From assembly GCF_009914755.1 (NCBI RefSeq), contig NC_060929.1: 64,000 bases of DNA. One strand, 5' to 3'. A model generated the notes under the pieces. The model saw only the letters and a program-made list of their open reading frames with translations, was not told the DNA's origin and did not search any database. The DNA comes from the human T2T-CHM13v2.0 reference genome, Homo sapiens. Shown one piece after another: positions 58,301-64,000 of this stretch. The stretch's first letter is position 1, and each line of letters opens with the position of its first letter. Position numbers and translations under genes: made by a program.

Positions 58301-59809
58301 AAAATAATCCCCATGTTTGGAATAATACAATAATCACTACATCACAAGTCCTCAGCTCAGAATTCTCCAAAAATTATTTCATTTAACATGAAAAACTCTA
58401 TAAAATAAATATTATCCCATTTCACACATAAAGACAGTTAGCTTAAAGAGGGTAATTACATTGTCTAATGACACACAATCAATCAATAAGCTTCTATTGA
58501 ATTCCAAAGCCCATGTTCTTTATAATGTTGAGTTTTCAGGAACCAGCAGGTAATATAACAGAAACTAATAATCTGGATATTACTTTGTGGGTTATATAAT
58601 TGATCAGGTGGAAAGAACAAAAATAAATCAACTTAAAACTAAAGGTGGGGATTCTGGGAAGATGGCAGAGTAGGATGTACCAAAAATCTATCTCTGCTCT
58701 GTAGACAAAAATTGCACTGGCAGAATCTGACTAATGTAACTATTTTAGAACTCTAGAGTCTATTGAAGGCTTACAACTTCCAGTGACAGCTTAGATGGTT
58801 AATTTGTAGTTAATTTGGTCCATTTAAGCTCTTAGCACAGCAGCAGCTAGCATCCCGCTCTTAAGCCCTATGGCAGGCAGCTGTGCATATATTTCTAGAA
58901 TAGATTGCATACAGTTTGTGGTGGCCAGGGTTAGAAAAAAATGACCCTGCCTTCCAATATTGGAGATCTGTGCTATGACCACTGATTGCTTATCACAGAA
59001 GAGCACAAGAAGAGATAGTGGCCACTGTTGCCCCAACTTCCCTCAATGTTGCAAGCCTCTCCGTCTCTAAGTAATGTGTCTTTCAGGAGATTTATAGAGC
59101 TGGTACCTTTTTCCTTCTTCCTTTTTCTCTGTTTTCCATTTAGGAGCTAGACATTGAAGACTAGGATATTCAAAAGCAACCATGTATACAGATGAAATTA
59201 GAAAGTTACCAAGCATACCCAGGAAATGGAGTAGGCTCAGAAAATACTTGAGAAGGCCTTATGTTTACACAACAGGATGACCAAACAAATCCAAACCAAC
59301 AAAATGAAAACCAAAAACAAAACAGAAAACAGCCAACTATGGTGGAAGGGGATAGTCTGATTTCCTGACTTACTACATTATTAGATTCAAATGTTTAGCT
59401 TTAAACAAGAAATCGCAAGGCATACAAAGGGATAGGAAAATATGGTCTATTCAAATGAAAACAAAACAAAACAAAACAAAAATAAAAACTGTCCCTGAGA
59501 AAGAATTGAAGGCAGATCTACTAGGCAACATTATAAAGAACATGGGCTTCAGAATTCAATAGACGCTTATTGACTGATTGTGTGTCATTTTTGTCTAATG
59601 TAATTACCCTCTTTAAGCTAACTGTCTTTATGTGTGAAATGGGATAATATTTATTTTATAGAGTTTTGCATGTTAAATGAAATAATTTTTGGAGAATTCT
59701 GAGCTGAGGACTCGTGATGTAGTGATTATTCTATTATTCCAAACATGGGGATTATTTTGTTTTCCACTGAACACCTATTTATTGAACAACTAATATATGC
59801 CCAGCACAA
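58250..59809. repeat. Inverted duplication: arms 58250-58530 and 59526-59809
   Basis: About 280-bp reverse-complement match with ~9 substitutions and one micro-inversion by manual alignment; spacer about 1 kb. Confidence 0.97.
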
Positions 59810-61994
59810 AAACAACTATTTTAAAGATGTTCAAGGAACTAAAAGAAGGTATGCACAAAGTAAAGAAGATAATGCAATATTTGGTAAAAATAAGAATAAT
59901 GAGATAGAAAACCTAAAAATAAAACCAAAAAGAAATATTGGAGTCAAAAGTGTAATAACGGAAATGAAAACTTTACAAGAGGGATTCAAAGGCCGATTTG
60001 AACAACCAGAATAAAGAATCAGTGAACTGGAACTTAGGACAATAAAATTTATTGAGTCTGAAAAAACAGAGAGATTGAAGAAAAGTTAACAGAGCATAAG
60101 GGACCTATGAGACACAACCAAGAAGACCAACATATGCACTGTGAAAATGCTGAGGAGAAGACAGAGAGAAAGAGACAGAGAATATTTAAATAAATAATGA
60201 CTGAAAAGTTCACACATTTTATGAAAAACATGAATATAAGTACACAGGAAGCTCAATGAATTCTGAGTAGGATGGTATCAAAATAACTCACAACAAGACA
60301 CTATAGTCAAACTTTTAAAAGCTAAAAACAAAAACGGAATTTTGAAAGCATCAGGAGAAAAGCTTAGAGGCAAATACAATGAATTCTCCATAAGATTATT
60401 AGCAGATTTCCCATAAGAAGCTTAGAAGGCAAGAAGGCAGTGGGTTGATATTTGCAAAGCACTAAGAGAAAAAAATTAAAAACCTGTCAACCAAGAATCC
60501 TATATCTGGAAAAACTGTTCTTCAAAGTGAGAAATAAATTAAGACATTTTCAGTTAAACAAAAGCTTAGGGAGTTTTGCTTTTATTATCATTTTTAAACA
60601 CTTGACCTTCCCGCAAGAAATGCTAGAGGGAGTCATGCAGTCTGAAATAAAAGAACAACAGACAGTTATTCAATGCCATATGAAAAAAGAAAAATCTTTT
60701 TTCATAGAAACATAGAAAGATCTATGTTTCAGGTAAACATACGGACAATTATAACACGTGTATTATTTATTGTACAAGGGTGTAAAACTCTACCTGTTCT
60801 TTTCTAAATGATTATTGTAACTTTGGTTTATAACTCCAAGTTTTGTTTTCTATATAATTGAAGAGACTAATGCATTAAAAAGTTGTTAGTTTATGTTTTG
60901 GGGTACACAATGTATAAAGAAGCAATTTTGCAACATCAAAAACCCAAGGGGGTGGGATAGACCTGTTACAAGAACAGTTACTGTATGCTATTGAAGTTAA
61001 GCTTATGTAAGTTCAAGTTACTCTTGTATCTTTAGGATGTTATAATCCCTATGGTAACCACAAAGATTGCAGCTATAGAATTGTTCAAAAGAAAATGAAA
61101 ATGGTGTTTAAATGTTTTATTACAAAAAATCAACTAAGAGCAAAAGAAGGAAGAATACAGGAAATAAGTAACAAAAAGTCATAAAGCAGATAGAATATAA
61201 GCAGAAAAATTACAGAGTAAAGTCCCTTCTTGGTAATTTAAATGTAAATAAATTAAACTCACTATTGAAAGACAGAGAGTGGCAGAATGGATAAAAACAT
61301 GATCCACCTATATGCTATCTATAAGAGACTCACTTTAGAATCAAAGACATAAATAGATGGGACGCTAAAGAATGGAAAAGTATATTTTATGCAAATAATT
61401 ACCAAAGAGAGCAGGTATGGCCATACTAATACCAGACAAAATAGACTTTAAGTCAAGAAAGTTTACAAGAGACAGAGAAGACTGTTACATATTAATAAAG
61501 TTTTAGTAAATGAACAATATTTAATAATTATAAAAATATACCTTTTTCAAATAGCAGGCCATAAAATATATGAAGCAAAAATTAATAAAATTGAAGGGAG
61601 AAATAGTTCTAAAATAATAGTTGAAGATTTTAATAACCTGTTATCCACAATGGGTACAAGAATTAGGCAAAAGATAAGTTAAAAAAATAGAATTATTGAA
61701 TGACAATGAATGAACTAGATCTAACAGGCATACAAGAACACTCTAGCCAACAATATAATACACATGCTTCTTAAGTGCACCTGGGACATATTCTAGGATA
61801 GATCACATTAGGCGGTAAATCCCCCCCAAAATGGAAAATACTTAGAGACAACTAAAAATAAAAAAACAGCATACCAAAACTTACAGGACATAGAGAATGC
61901 AGTGGTAGAGAAGAAGGTATAGCTATAAATGCTTACAGCTTTTTAAAAAGTGTCATCAATTTAACACATTAAACTTATGACTTAAGAAACTAGA

Positions 61995-62313
<319 letters not shown>

Positions 62314-63826
62314 CTAAACCCAAGGCTAGCTGAATAAAGAATATGAAAAAATAGAGCAGATATAAACAAAATAAGTAAGAGAAAAATATGTTTAAAATGT
62401 ATGAAACCAAAAATTGGTTCTTTAAAATAATTGACAAAATTAACATACTAGATATACTAAGAAAAAATAGAAAATACTAAAATTAATAAAATGAGAAATG
62501 AAAGGGTAGACTTTACTACAGACTTTAGAGAAATAAAATGGAGAATAACAGTGTCATGAGCAACTGAACAAAATTATGAAGAAAATTGATAATATAGATG
62601 AAATAGACACATTCCTAGAAACATTAAACTGACCAAGAATAAACCACAAAAAATAAAAATTCTAAACAGAAATATAACTAGTAGGGAGATTGAGTCAGTA
62701 ATCAAAAATCTCTCAAGAACAAAATGCTTGATGGCCTTATTGGTAAAATCTACAAAACATTTCATGAACTAACTACCAATATTTCTCAAACTTTTCCAGA
62801 AAATTTAAGAGAAGAAAACATTCTGTAACTTGTTATATGAGACCAATATTCCTCTAATACTAAAGCCAGTAAGTGACACTACAATAGTAGCAAACTCAAG
62901 TTAGCAGCATGTTAAAATGCTTTTACAACATGACCAAGTGAGATTTATTTCTGAAATGCAAGAATGGTTTATCATAAAAAAATGCAATTTAATATACCAT
63001 ATTAAAATAATGAAGAGGAAAAACATAAACAAAATTTATTATCTTTTCATGATTAAAAAAACCTACATGTGAAAAACTCACAGTGAACATTATATTTAAT
63101 GATGAACAACTAAAAGCTTTTCCTTTAAGATGGGGAGTAAGACAAGTGTAACTACTCTCTTCTCTTCTATTCACTATAGTATTGGAAGTATTAGCCAGAG
63201 CAATCAGGCAATTTAAAAAAAGACATCCAAATAACATGAAGAAGTAAAATTATCTTTGCACATGATATGAACTTACCTAAAAAAAAAAAACTATAAGTTC
63301 CACAAAATAAAACCTGTTAGAACTAACAAACAAATCCAGAAAAGTAGCAAGGTGCTAAGTCAACAAGAAAAAATCAGTTGCTTTTTGTAATAGTAACATA
63401 AACAAACCAGGAGGAAATTAAGAAAACAATTTCATTTATACTAACATCAAAAATAATAAAATATTTAAGAATTAATGTAACTAAGGAGGTTAAGGTCTTA
63501 TACAATGAAAATACAAAACATTGTGGAAAGAACTTAAAGAAGACATGAATAAATGAAAAAAAAAAGTTCATGGATTGGAAAACTTACTATTGTTAAAATA
63601 TCAATATTATCCAAAGTAATCTTTAGATTTATTGCAACCTCTGTTAAAATCCCGATTGCTTATCTTTCTGCAGAAATATAAAAAAATTATTCTAAAGTTT
63701 ATATGGAATCTTTAGGTATCCTGAGTATCCAAAACAATTCTAAAAAGAAAGAACAAAGTTGGAGGACTCACAACTCCTGATTTCAAAAATTACTACAAAT
63801 CCACAGTAATTAAAACACTGTACTGT

Positions 63827-63836
63827 TGGCATAAAG

Positions 63837-63886
<50 letters not shown>

Positions 63887-63907
63887 CTTTATGCCAGATA
63901 TATATAT

Positions 63908-63950
<43 letters not shown>
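63827..63950. repeat. (TG)n/(TA)n/(CA)n compound microsatellite with an inverted flank copy
   Basis: tggcataaagatatatat (63827-63844) and its exact reverse complement atatatatctttatgcca (63879-63896). Confidence 0.95.
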
Positions 63951-64000
63951 GTAATGTAATGAATAGACTACAGAAATAAACCCTTGCATATATTAGCAAG

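Overview
AT-rich, CpG-depleted primate (human-like) genomic DNA with no supportable protein-coding exon, RNA gene or CRISPR array; the ORF-track entries are L1/Alu/LTR remnants or chance ORFs. Interspersed repeats dominate: a near full-length L1PA8-like LINE (~6.1-12.0 kb), an old L1M running off the right edge (~58.6-64 kb), a complete MSTA/THE1-type MaLR provirus (24.5-26.8 kb), 13 Alus, and MLT1/MST LTRs, L1MC, L2, L3/CR1, MIR and MER fragments. The one gene-like signal is a probable minus-strand promoter and non-coding first exon at ~55.56-56.02 kb (CCAAT box, TATA-like element, GA tract, uORFs, CAG|GTAAGG donor), which would make positions 1-55.5 kb part of a very long intron. I cannot name the gene. 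I found no new biological system. The most unusual signal is a repeated pattern of templated inverted-copy scars: two local inverted duplications (~150 bp and ~280 bp) at retroelements, and several AT/TG repeats capped by an inverted copy of their own flank. Repeat subfamily calls come from recalled consensus sequences and need RepeatMasker/Dfam confirmation.
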